From IMG/VR virus record IMGVR_UViG_3300037692_000114, positions 1 to 44,603 of that record: a stretch of 44,603 nucleotides of DNA. One strand, 5' to 3'. Below, piece by piece: positions 26,610 through 35,295 of this stretch. Below the pieces are notes generated by a model. The model had not been told where the DNA came from, ran no database searches, and saw nothing but the letters and a program-made list of their open reading frames with translations. Origin of the DNA: a virus (Duplodnaviria > Caudoviricetes). Position numbers and translations under genes: made by a program. The stretch's first letter is position 1. Every line of letters starts with the position of its first letter.

Positions 26610-27023
26610 ATGGCTACTCCTACGTCCCAGGCTGCGTCTCAGATTATCGCAGACGCGCTCCTGGTTATTAACGTCATCCGCGCCGGCCAGACGCCTAGCG
26701 CTGTGTTACAGGCGCAGGGAATCCGTCGTCTCAATCAGATGATGGCGCTATGGGAGGGGGAGGGAAGGAATATCGGCTACATCCCAGTGGGTACGGTCAC
26801 GGATGTGCTCACGGTTCCAGACGCCGCCATTCTCGGCATCGTGAACAACCTAGCTATTCATATGGCGCCTTCGTTCGGCGCGAGCGCGTCGCCTGAGATC
26901 GTGGCACTTGCGACGATGGGCCTATCGATAATCGACAAGATCACAGCGAAGGAAGTGATCATGGATATGGATTTGCAGCGTCCTGCTGATTATCTAGGCG
27001 CGTTCAACATCAATACGGGTTGA
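26610..27023 (+). CDS. head-tail adaptor (P22 gp4-like)
   Basis: II.DAL..I.V...G.T, LNQMMA.W, NLA..MAP.FG; lies before the gp10-like gene. Confidence 0.8.
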   Translation: MATPTSQAASQIIADALLVINVIRAGQTPSAVLQAQGIRRLNQMMALWEGEGRNIGYIPVGTVTDVLTVPDAAILGIVNNLAIHMAPSFGASASPEIVALATMGLSIIDKITAKEVIMDMDLQRPADYLGAFNINTG

Positions 27024-27024
27024 G

Positions 27025-28434
27025 ATGCCGCAACTTGCTCTGCCGTTCCACAGCTATGTTCTGAGATCGCGGCCGGCCAGTCCGTCGCGCCTGGTAAATT
27101 GCTTCGCCGAGATATTGCCGAAAGGCGCGAAGCGACCGTATGCGCTGGTACGCGCGCCCGGAATTGCGTCATGGACGACAGTTGGGACTGGTCCGATCAT
27201 AGCGACGCACAAAGCGCTGGGTTACTTGTGGGTCGTTTCTGGCACTAAGCTCTACCGTGTCGACTCGAACAAGACCGTAACTGAGATAGGGACCGTCGGA
27301 ACGGCAGCGCGCGTCAAGATCGTCAACAACATCACGACCATCGTCGTCGTGAATCAGCCGAACGCGTACTACTACGACACGAGTACATCGACATTCGGCC
27401 AGATCACAGATGCTGACTTCACCTCGCGCGGTGCATTGGATGCGGCGTTTCTCGACAATTACCTGTTGTTCGTCGAGCCCAATACAGGGCGGTTCTTTTG
27501 CTCAAATGTTGGCTCTGCTACATCGTTCGACGCCCTGAACTTCGCCACCGCGGAAGCAGCGCCCGACAATCTCGTCGGCCTGATCGTCGATCACCGACAG
27601 GTTCTGCTGCTCGGTGAGGAGACGGTAGAGATCTGGGAACTGGTGGGCGGCGGCGGATTTCCATTTGCACGCGCCGCCAATGGATTCATCGAGCAGGGCT
27701 GCTTCAACGGCATGACTGCCGCGAAGCAGGATAATTCTGTGTTCTGGCTCGCACAGGACTACACCGTCAGGCGATTGGATGGCGTCACGCCGGTGCGGAT
27801 CAGCCAGACAGGCATTGAACAAGCGCTGGGATCGGTGACGATTGGTTCAGGACAGGGCTATTCCTATTCCCAGGAAGGCCATCTGTTCTATGTGCTGACC
27901 TTTCCTGAGGGCACATTCATCTACGACGCCACGACGAGGGAATGGCACGAGCGCGAGACGTATGGATATGCGTACTGGCTGGCCTGGAGTCATGCTCAAG
28001 CGTTCGGCCTGGAACTCGTCGGGGATGTGTCGAGCAACCGCATCGGCTACCTCTCACCGACCACTTACGATGACTGGGGCACGATTCAGAGAATGGAGTG
28101 GACGTACCAGCCAGTCTATGCAAATGCGAATCTGGCATTCCATGATCGCCTGGAGGTGGTCATGGAGACAGGCGTCGGATTGACCGCGGGCCAAGGCTCG
28201 GACCCTGAAATCATGATGGACGTATCCGACGATGGCGGACGGACGTGGGAAGCGCTGCCTAACATGAAGATCGGAAAGATCGGTGAGCACAACACCAAAG
28301 TAGTGTGGCCGCAGTTAGGGTCTTCTGAGGATCGCGTGTACCGCGGCGCTATTTCCGATCCCGTCAAGGCGACGATCATCGATACACAGTTGGATGCGCG
28401 CGGCGCCAGGCCGTTTACCAGGCAGGCGGCATGA
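27025..28434 (+). CDS. tail hub/DNA stabilization protein (P22 gp10-like)
   Basis: 469 aa; ALNFATAE..PD, G..TVEIW, IE.GC, Y.QEGH.FYVLTFP..T..YD..T..WHER, SDDGG.TW, G.IGE. Confidence 0.88.
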   Translation: MPQLALPFHSYVLRSRPASPSRLVNCFAEILPKGAKRPYALVRAPGIASWTTVGTGPIIATHKALGYLWVVSGTKLYRVDSNKTVTEIGTVGTAARVKIVNNITTIVVVNQPNAYYYDTSTSTFGQITDADFTSRGALDAAFLDNYLLFVEPNTGRFFCSNVGSATSFDALNFATAEAAPDNLVGLIVDHRQVLLLGEETVEIWELVGGGGFPFARAANGFIEQGCFNGMTAAKQDNSVFWLAQDYTVRRLDGVTPVRISQTGIEQALGSVTIGSGQGYSYSQEGHLFYVLTFPEGTFIYDATTREWHERETYGYAYWLAWSHAQAFGLELVGDVSSNRIGYLSPTTYDDWGTIQRMEWTYQPVYANANLAFHDRLEVVMETGVGLTAGQGSDPEIMMDVSDDGGRTWEALPNMKIGKIGEHNTKVVWPQLGSSEDRVYRGAISDPVKATIIDTQLDARGARPFTRQAA

Positions 28435-28859
28435 GCGTTCGGCGAATCTTTCCGGCGGTCCCAGGTGGAATCCGGGACTGGACGAGCTATCTGTCAGGAC
28501 TGTTTTTCTCGCGCACATTCACGGCAACGCTGACTGGCTGCACAACGGTCCCGACCGGGACAATCAGATACACGATGTCGGCAGGAGTTGTTGTACTGCA
28601 GATTCCGGCCATTGCCGGCACTTCAAATGCAGTGGACGCAACACTGGTTGGCCTGCCTGAAGAGCTGAGACCGCCGAGCACCGGCATTCGCCAATATCTC
28701 GTTGCGAGGATCACGGACAACGGCACGACTGCGTTTGGGCTGTTGGAGATTAACGATACAGACACGATGAAAATTTACACCGGCGCGACGGGAAGCGGAT
28801 TCACCGCAGCGGGCGTGAAGGGGATTCAGCAATGTACGGTTGCGTATTCGATTGACTGA
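28431..28859 (+). CDS. small tail protein (needle/knob position) with RBP head-like domain
   Basis: gp26-equivalent position; F.ATL.G.T, GLPEELRP beta-sandwich motif. Confidence 0.55.
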   Translation: MSVRRIFPAVPGGIRDWTSYLSGLFFSRTFTATLTGCTTVPTGTIRYTMSAGVVVLQIPAIAGTSNAVDATLVGLPEELRPPSTGIRQYLVARITDNGTTAFGLLEINDTDTMKIYTGATGSGFTAAGVKGIQQCTVAYSID

Positions 28860-28862
28860 GCA

Positions 28863-29474
28863 ATGATCACCATCGTTGATGGCTTCACCCCATACATCGA
28901 GGCCGTTCGAGAGAGCGCGCTGGCAAGTGGATTCGGAACGTGGCGACCAAATAAGGGCGAAGTTGGCTCGTCTGTGTATGACGGAATGAGCTTCTGGGGC
29001 AAGCATTCACTGATGCTGCATGCTCTTTCGTATTGCGTTGGTCGGCCTGTATTCCCAAACAGTATGTTTTTTAGGGTGACAAACGAGAGCACTGAAGGCG
29101 CATATGTGCATAGTGATCGAGAAGCCGGCGACTTTACTTGCATCGTCTATTTGTCGGAACACGGCGAAACCAAATCAGGTACCGGGTTCTATCGACATCG
29201 CGAAACAGGAATGACTCACATGCCCTCATTCGCGGAAATGGCGGAAGACAAAGAATCATTCGCGAAGCTCAAGCAAGAAATGGTAGGCGGCTCAGAGGAT
29301 CACTGGGAACTGCTGGATTTCGTGCGCGGCGTGTATAACCGCGCCGTCATCTTCGATGCGCCACGTTTTCATGCGCGAAGTCCTCGGCATGGAATTGCAG
29401 ATACGGCAGAAGCCGGTCGCATGGTATGGGTTTGTCACTTTGTGACACAACTGGCAGGTGTAAGTCATGGCTGA
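28863..29474 (+). CDS. 2OG-Fe(II) oxygenase (DUF6445-like)
   Basis: VHSD (HxD), CIVYLS, SGTGFYRHRETG, YNRAVIFD...FH, RMVWV. Confidence 0.82.
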   Translation: MITIVDGFTPYIEAVRESALASGFGTWRPNKGEVGSSVYDGMSFWGKHSLMLHALSYCVGRPVFPNSMFFRVTNESTEGAYVHSDREAGDFTCIVYLSEHGETKSGTGFYRHRETGMTHMPSFAEMAEDKESFAKLKQEMVGGSEDHWELLDFVRGVYNRAVIFDAPRFHARSPRHGIADTAEAGRMVWVCHFVTQLAGVSHG

Positions 29475-30444
29475 AATTTGGGGCGCTGCGATTCTCGGTA
29501 CAGTCGCTGTCGGTAGCGCTGTTGCACAGAATCGCGCAGCTGGCAATGCCGCGCGTGCGCAGGGGCGTGCGAGCGATGCCGCCATCAATGAGCAGGGCCG
29601 TCAGTTCGACACTCTGCTGTCGCTTACCTCCAATCAGCGCCAGATCGGCAATCAAGCGCTGAATGCGCTAGGCGGTATCTACGGGTATTCGCCTGCGCCT
29701 GGGTTCTCCAACGATGAATACGCGATAGGTGGCGGCAACCAACTACGCTCACAGCAGCCCGTCATGGTTGGCGGCGTCGAAATGCCGCCCGGCACGACGA
29801 CTAAGGATCTCGGAAAAGGCTGGTTTGAGGTTTGGTTTGATGGCCAGAGAGTCGGCACGCTGCGTCCTGGCGGACCTAGTGGACGGTTCATCAACGATAC
29901 CGGGGCTGACTTAAACTCACTGTGGGGACAGTGGGAGCAGGGACAGATGGCCACGAATTCCGCGAACGCGCCCGGAGGCGGTGGGAATCAACTCGCAGCT
30001 CCAGACTACTCTGAGTTCTACAGGTCACCCGACTATCAGTTCCGCATGAATGAGGGACTGAACGCCGTACAGAATAGCGCAGCCGCGCAGGGCGGGCTGT
30101 ATTCAGGAAATGCGTTGCGTGGCATCCAGGACTATGGACAAGGTCTGGCGGCAGGTGAGTTCGGCAACTACGTCAATCGACAGTTGGCTATTGCCGGTAT
30201 GGGGCAGGCCGCGACCACGCAGGCCGGAAATGCCGCGATGACCACTGGCGCGAACATCGGCAACATGCTCCTGAATCAAGGTAATGCCAGGGCTTCAGGA
30301 ATCATCAATCAGTCCAATGCGATCACCGGCGGCATTAACGATCTCGCATCGCTTTATGGGATGTACCGAGGCGGGTATTTCGGCAGTGGGTCGCCCTACG
30401 CTGGCGGATGGGCGAATCAGGCGTCTGCGGCAGGAGTGAGCTAG
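29467..30444 (+). CDS. DNA ejection/pilot protein (P22 gp7-like)
   Basis: Hydrophobic G/A N-terminus; SPDYQFR..EG..A....AAA.GGL.SG..L.....YGQGLA..E; G/Q/N-rich. Confidence 0.8.
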   Translation: MAEIWGAAILGTVAVGSAVAQNRAAGNAARAQGRASDAAINEQGRQFDTLLSLTSNQRQIGNQALNALGGIYGYSPAPGFSNDEYAIGGGNQLRSQQPVMVGGVEMPPGTTTKDLGKGWFEVWFDGQRVGTLRPGGPSGRFINDTGADLNSLWGQWEQGQMATNSANAPGGGGNQLAAPDYSEFYRSPDYQFRMNEGLNAVQNSAAAQGGLYSGNALRGIQDYGQGLAAGEFGNYVNRQLAIAGMGQAATTQAGNAAMTTGANIGNMLLNQGNARASGIINQSNAITGGINDLASLYGMYRGGYFGSGSPYAGGWANQASAAGVS

Positions 30445-31649
30445 TGGCAGAATTTCAACCGATTAGGATCGGCCAGAACTTACTCGCCGGTCAGCAAGGC
30501 GCGCAACAGGTCCAATCGAACAGGCAGGCGAATGAACTGCGCGCCCTGCAATTGCAGCAAGGCCAGCAGCAGATGAGCCGCGACGAGCAGTTTCGCAATC
30601 AGCTCGGCACTTACCTACAGGGTGGGACAAACGCACTCGCTGCGATGTATCGGGCCGATCCAGAGCGTGCGATGCAGGTGCAGGCGTTTCAGGGCCAGCA
30701 GAATCAGATCGCGAGGCAACAGGAGATCGCGATAGCGAAGGAATCCTACGGTCAGGCACAGGCGGTTATCGCCTCCAAGGCGCCAGCCGATTACTTCCGC
30801 ATCCTGATGCCTGATAAGGCCGCGGCGTTGGCCAAGCAATTGGGCAAGGACGTGGATGAACTGACAGATGAGGACGCAACAGGAATTGCGGAGCGCGTTT
30901 CAGCTATTGCTGGCGCGAAGGCTGGAATTCTGCCTGAGTACTCGAATCCGGAAGCCGCGCAGATTGACGGCAAGGACGTGTTCGCCCAGTTCGAGAAGAC
31001 TAGCGGACGCCCGCGCGTGCTGGAAGGCGTAGGCCCAAGGCCGCAGAGGCCGCTGGTATCGGTCGGTATTGGCGAAGAAAAGGCCGAAGCCAAGAAAGTC
31101 GGCGAGGGCATGGGCGAGATGTACGTCTCGCTGCAGCAAGCGGGATCTGTCGTGCCGGCCAAGCTTGCGAAGCTCGATCGTATGGAGCAGCTCATGGAGG
31201 GCGTTAGTACTGGGAAACTGACGCCGGCAATCACTCAGGTCGCCGCCATTGCACAGTCGCTCGGCTTTGAAGTCGATACGAAACTCGGAGCCAAGCAAGC
31301 CCTTGAGGCGCTATCGAATGAAATCGCGTTAACCCTTAGAAATCCGTCCGGCGGGGCCGGTATGCCGGGCGCACTTTCGAACAAAGACCGGGAGTTTCTG
31401 ACGTCAATGACGCCTGGTCTTGCCAAGACACCGGAGGGCAACAAACTCATAATCCAGACCGCGCGCAATCTTGCAAAACGCGAGCAGGAGGTTGCTAAGC
31501 TCGCGAGGGCATACAGAAAGAAAAACGGCTCGCTGGACGAAGGCTTTTACGACGAACTCGCCGATTTCAGCGCCGCACATCCGCTCTTCGGTAAGGAAGC
31601 TGCGCCGGTTGTCACAAATGATGGCTGGATCATAAAAGAGCAAAAGTAA
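30444..31649 (+). CDS. DNA ejection protein (gp20-like)
   Basis: GTG start after AGGAG; Q-rich helical; GA.SNKDREFL...PGL..T.EGN motif; position. Confidence 0.7.
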   Translation: MAEFQPIRIGQNLLAGQQGAQQVQSNRQANELRALQLQQGQQQMSRDEQFRNQLGTYLQGGTNALAAMYRADPERAMQVQAFQGQQNQIARQQEIAIAKESYGQAQAVIASKAPADYFRILMPDKAAALAKQLGKDVDELTDEDATGIAERVSAIAGAKAGILPEYSNPEAAQIDGKDVFAQFEKTSGRPRVLEGVGPRPQRPLVSVGIGEEKAEAKKVGEGMGEMYVSLQQAGSVVPAKLAKLDRMEQLMEGVSTGKLTPAITQVAAIAQSLGFEVDTKLGAKQALEALSNEIALTLRNPSGGAGMPGALSNKDREFLTSMTPGLAKTPEGNKLIIQTARNLAKREQEVAKLARAYRKKNGSLDEGFYDELADFSAAHPLFGKEAAPVVTNDGWIIKEQK

Positions 31650-34243
31650 TGCCAGGACTAGACGGCGAGAATAATCCGCTTGTTATTCACGGACGAAAGA
31701 ATTTAGAAACGAATGGGTGGTTCAAAGATGAGGATGGCATGCACACAATCCTCAGCGGGTCCGTCGACGATGAAAGACTCAATAATGGCAAGCCAACAGT
31801 TATTCCCTTTGTTTATGAAGGCAGGAAGGTCGGCGTTGATGAAGCTATAGAGCGTGCAGTTACGTCTGGGATTCAGTGGCCGTCGGCGAACACGCATGAA
31901 GAAGCTACCGCAATTTCAAAGGCGGCGTCTAGTGCAATGGATAGGTACTTGGAGCCAAGACAATACAAAATCACAGCTCCAGACGGCAAGTCGTACGTCA
32001 TTTCTGGTCCGCCTGGGTCGACGCAAGAACAGGCGCTGCAGAAGGCCATGGAGCAGTATGCGCGAACGCGTGGTGACGCCCAGTTGAGCGACGCCGCGAG
32101 GCGTCTTGAAATGGCGCAGGGCATCGCTAAGGCGAATCCAGATGTTTACGGAAACATCGTAGCTCAGGGCGAGCCAGAGATTGACCCGCATGCATTGCAG
32201 CGCGGCCCGGCATTACCTGCTGACAAGGCGAATTTCGGCGCATCCGTTAAGGCCGGTGTGATTGCCGATCCGGATACGCAACGCCGAGAGATCGCGAAAT
32301 CGCTGTTCCCGGATGACCCTAACGGCGCTCAGCGCATTGGGTTCATGGACGGATCGCCTGTCTATGTAGACGAGCAGGGTCAGCTCAAGCGAGTCTCTCC
32401 GAGGATCGTAAGCGGTCTGGCAGAGATCACCGCTAACGTTCCGGAAGCTGTTGGTGCTGTGGTTGGGTCGTTCGCGACTGGAAACCCAGTCAGCGGTGCA
32501 GCCGCGGGCGGCGCGGGCGGCAGGGCGGCCAAACGTGCGGTAAGTGAACTGGTATTCGATGAGCCCGCGACGCCGTTGAGCGTCGGGAAAGAAATGGTAG
32601 GCGAGGTCGCCGTCAATCTCGTGGCCGGCGGTCTCGGCAAAGGCGTTGCCGGCTTCGCGGGCCGCGGGAAGATCGTCGACTTCTCGCCTCAGAACGTTCG
32701 TACAGCCGAACAGGCGCGACAGTACGTCAAGCAGTCCACCGGCATCGATCTGGATCTGGCCCAGGCGTCCGGAGATCGCAAGCTATTGGCGTTGAGGGAC
32801 TATGCAGCCCGTTATCCAGGACGCACGGCCGAACTGATCCAGGCCGCCGACGAAGCGGCTGCGGGGCAGTTGGACAACGCGACAAATCGCGTGCTCGACT
32901 CTATTGCGAAGTCGACGCCGTCAGAGATCGCGGGAAAGGAAGGCATCAATGCCGCGCAGATCGTGATACGTGCGGCGCGAGATAAAACGTACAAGGAAGT
33001 CAAGCCACTGTATGACGCAGCCTATGCTGCAGTTCCGGAAGTCACGGACCCGGAAATCCTGAAGATGCTGGAGTTGCCGCATTTCGATGCAGCAATGCGT
33101 AGCGGCAAACGCCTTGCTGTCCTTGAAGGATCGTCAACAGCCAGGGTCGCATCCAAAGCCGCACCAGAGCAGCAGATTGCCTCTGCGTCTTCTCAAGCGG
33201 ATCTAGATTCAGTGGCGAAGGCGCTCAAGCTATTCGATGAGAATCCAACGCCTAAAATGCAAGCGCTCGAAGCGGCGTATTCACGCCGTTCAAAAGAACT
33301 TCGCGCCGCGCCGGCAGGTCAATCACAACCTGCGTCGCCAGCGGCGACACCGGACGCGCCGAGTCTTCGTGATCTGGACTATCTGAAGCGTGGTCTCGAT
33401 GACCAAATAGAATCCCTACGCTCGAAGGGAAAGCGCCAGGAAGCGGCGGCGCTCTCGAAGCGCAAGAATGAAATGGTCGCCAAGCTAGATGAACTGAGTA
33501 ATGACCAGTGGAAGCTGGCGCGGCAGAAATATCAAGAGTTGATTCGCGCCAACGTCGAGCCGCTGGAGAACGGTATCGTTGGGGTGCTCGCTGGAATAAA
33601 AGACCCACTCGCATCACGCGCCGCCGTGAAGATTTTCAGCGACCCGAACGTCACGCCTGCCGCCATCAATCTTGCAAAGACTGCGCTGGAGAAGCAGAGC
33701 CCAGAAGCATATGCAGGACTGGTGCGGCAGTACCTCGCGCATCGTTGGAATCAAGCGCTGAAAACTACCCAAGGCGGGGACATTATCAATCCCGCTGGGA
33801 AGTTTCGTCAGGCCGTGTACGGAACGCCGGCTGATAGAGATCGCATGCGGGCCATGCTTCCGGCTGGCGCAGGATCAGCCTTTGACGATCTCATGCTGGC
33901 GATGGAAAAGCTTTCGCGCACGCAATTGGGCGCTTCGCGCGTAGCGGGTTCAAACACCTTTCGCGATCAGGAATTGAATGAATCCTTGAAGGGTCAGGGC
34001 GCCATTGTCTTTCGGTGGCTGACCAGTCCGCGCAAGTCCATTCAGGACGCCGCCGAGGAACGCGCTAAACAGAAAAGCTTGGACGCGATTACAGAAGCAC
34101 TGCTCGATCCCGCCAAGCGTAGCCAGCTTCGTCAAGTTGCTCGCATGGAGCCATCCACAAAGCAGGCAATCCTGCTTAGTGGATTACTCAGCGGTCAGGC
34201 GGTAGCAGATATCGCGCCAGAACGAATGCCAGCGCTGCAATAG
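31649..34243 (+). CDS. large DNA ejection protein (gp16-like)
   Basis: 864 aa, helical, Ala-rich; G/A-rich membrane-like segment; PLYDAAY, LDYLKRGLDD; position. Confidence 0.75.
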   Translation: MPGLDGENNPLVIHGRKNLETNGWFKDEDGMHTILSGSVDDERLNNGKPTVIPFVYEGRKVGVDEAIERAVTSGIQWPSANTHEEATAISKAASSAMDRYLEPRQYKITAPDGKSYVISGPPGSTQEQALQKAMEQYARTRGDAQLSDAARRLEMAQGIAKANPDVYGNIVAQGEPEIDPHALQRGPALPADKANFGASVKAGVIADPDTQRREIAKSLFPDDPNGAQRIGFMDGSPVYVDEQGQLKRVSPRIVSGLAEITANVPEAVGAVVGSFATGNPVSGAAAGGAGGRAAKRAVSELVFDEPATPLSVGKEMVGEVAVNLVAGGLGKGVAGFAGRGKIVDFSPQNVRTAEQARQYVKQSTGIDLDLAQASGDRKLLALRDYAARYPGRTAELIQAADEAAAGQLDNATNRVLDSIAKSTPSEIAGKEGINAAQIVIRAARDKTYKEVKPLYDAAYAAVPEVTDPEILKMLELPHFDAAMRSGKRLAVLEGSSTARVASKAAPEQQIASASSQADLDSVAKALKLFDENPTPKMQALEAAYSRRSKELRAAPAGQSQPASPAATPDAPSLRDLDYLKRGLDDQIESLRSKGKRQEAAALSKRKNEMVAKLDELSNDQWKLARQKYQELIRANVEPLENGIVGVLAGIKDPLASRAAVKIFSDPNVTPAAINLAKTALEKQSPEAYAGLVRQYLAHRWNQALKTTQGGDIINPAGKFRQAVYGTPADRDRMRAMLPAGAGSAFDDLMLAMEKLSRTQLGASRVAGSNTFRDQELNESLKGQGAIVFRWLTSPRKSIQDAAEERAKQKSLDAITEALLDPAKRSQLRQVARMEPSTKQAILLSGLLSGQAVADIAPERMPALQ

Positions 34244-34349
34244 GCAATGCGCACAGGTATGACAGAGGAATCATGAGCCATCCGTGTTCGAAAGTCTTGA
34301 TCGCGAATGACGTACCAACGATGAGTTCTGCTGTCAGGAAGTAGTTCAT
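34188..34349 (-). CDS. 53-aa two-TM membrane protein, possible superinfection exclusion
   Basis: Not in ORF track: MNYFLTAELIVGTSFAIKTFEHGWLMIPLSYLCALPIAALAFVLARYLLPPDR; fills the gap after the gp16-like gene. Confidence 0.5.
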   Translation of the reverse strand: MNYFLTAELIVGTSFAIKTFEHGWLMIPLSYLCALPIAALAFVLARYLLPPDR

Positions 34350-35295
34350 GCCTGCTTTATACACATCGCCTCGTTTTGTCGCGCTATCGGCGACTAATCA
34401 GCTACTGCCAGGCGCGAAGCTTACGTTCAGCGTGTCTGGTACGTCCACTTTACAGAATGTGTACCAGGATGTCGCATTGACCGTCCCGCATGCCAATCCT
34501 GTCGTTGCCGACGGCGCTGGCGTATTTGCAAAAATCTACCTTGACCCAGCTCTGCCTAGTTACCGCGTGCTACTGACGGATTCCGCGAACGTAACGCAGC
34601 CAGGGTATCCGATCGATGACTATCCATCGAACCAGAATATCGCGCAGACGCTGCGGCTGAAGTCGCCAGCACCGGAACTGATCCTGGAGGAGACAGACGC
34701 CTCAGCTGGAAATCAGAAATGGCGCATCCGCGTCAGCACCGAGCGGATGATAATTTCGCTGCTCAACGACGCTGAGAGCGTAGCGACTGATGTCGCGATA
34801 TTCGATAGATTAGGATCGGTGAGCAATGCGATAGCGCTTGCCGGAACCGATATCTCCTTGGACGGTAATGTTGACATCACTGGTGATATATCCGTCGCCA
34901 GTGATATCTCCGTCGCTGGTGATGCCACTGTAGGCGGCAAGACGGTAGTAACAAATAATCCAGTGCTCGCATTGCCTGGCGCAGCAGGCGCGCCAGGGTT
35001 CGGCTTCACGACCGGACCGACTAACGGAATGTATTTGTATGGTGTCAACGAACTTGGTTGGGTTACTAACGGTGTGCTACGGGCGCGTTTGCAGTCAAAC
35101 TACTTCTCCGTCATTCCCAGCAATATACAAACAAATAACGAAGACAATTTCATTCGCTGGGGTACAGGATCACCTGAAGGCGCTGCTACGGCGAAAGTAG
35201 GCTCTATGTTTCTTCGCACGGATGGCGGAGCCAACACGACGCTTTACATAAAAGAATCCGGTGACAACACCGTGAATGGCTGGGTTGCGAAATAA
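34348..35295 (+). CDS. short tail fibre / receptor-binding protein 1
   Basis: N-terminal particle-binding domain LPGAKL.F...GT.T...VYQD..L..PH.NPVVAD..G...IYLD; C-terminal GTGSPEGA.TA.VGS.FLRTDGGA.TTLYIKESG motif. Confidence 0.78.
   Translation: MPALYTSPRFVALSATNQLLPGAKLTFSVSGTSTLQNVYQDVALTVPHANPVVADGAGVFAKIYLDPALPSYRVLLTDSANVTQPGYPIDDYPSNQNIAQTLRLKSPAPELILEETDASAGNQKWRIRVSTERMIISLLNDAESVATDVAIFDRLGSVSNAIALAGTDISLDGNVDITGDISVASDISVAGDATVGGKTVVTNNPVLALPGAAGAPGFGFTTGPTNGMYLYGVNELGWVTNGVLRARLQSNYFSVIPSNIQTNNEDNFIRWGTGSPEGAATAKVGSMFLRTDGGANTTLYIKESGDNTVNGWVAK

Noticed and set aside
24516-29474. DNA hypermodification (TET/JBP oxygenase plus glucosyltransferase)
   Set aside because: The oxygenase looks DUF6445-like, not TET/JBP-like, and all genes lie in the virion operon beside Thr-rich proteins rather than with replication genes. 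Disfavoured, but not excluded without nucleoside analysis.
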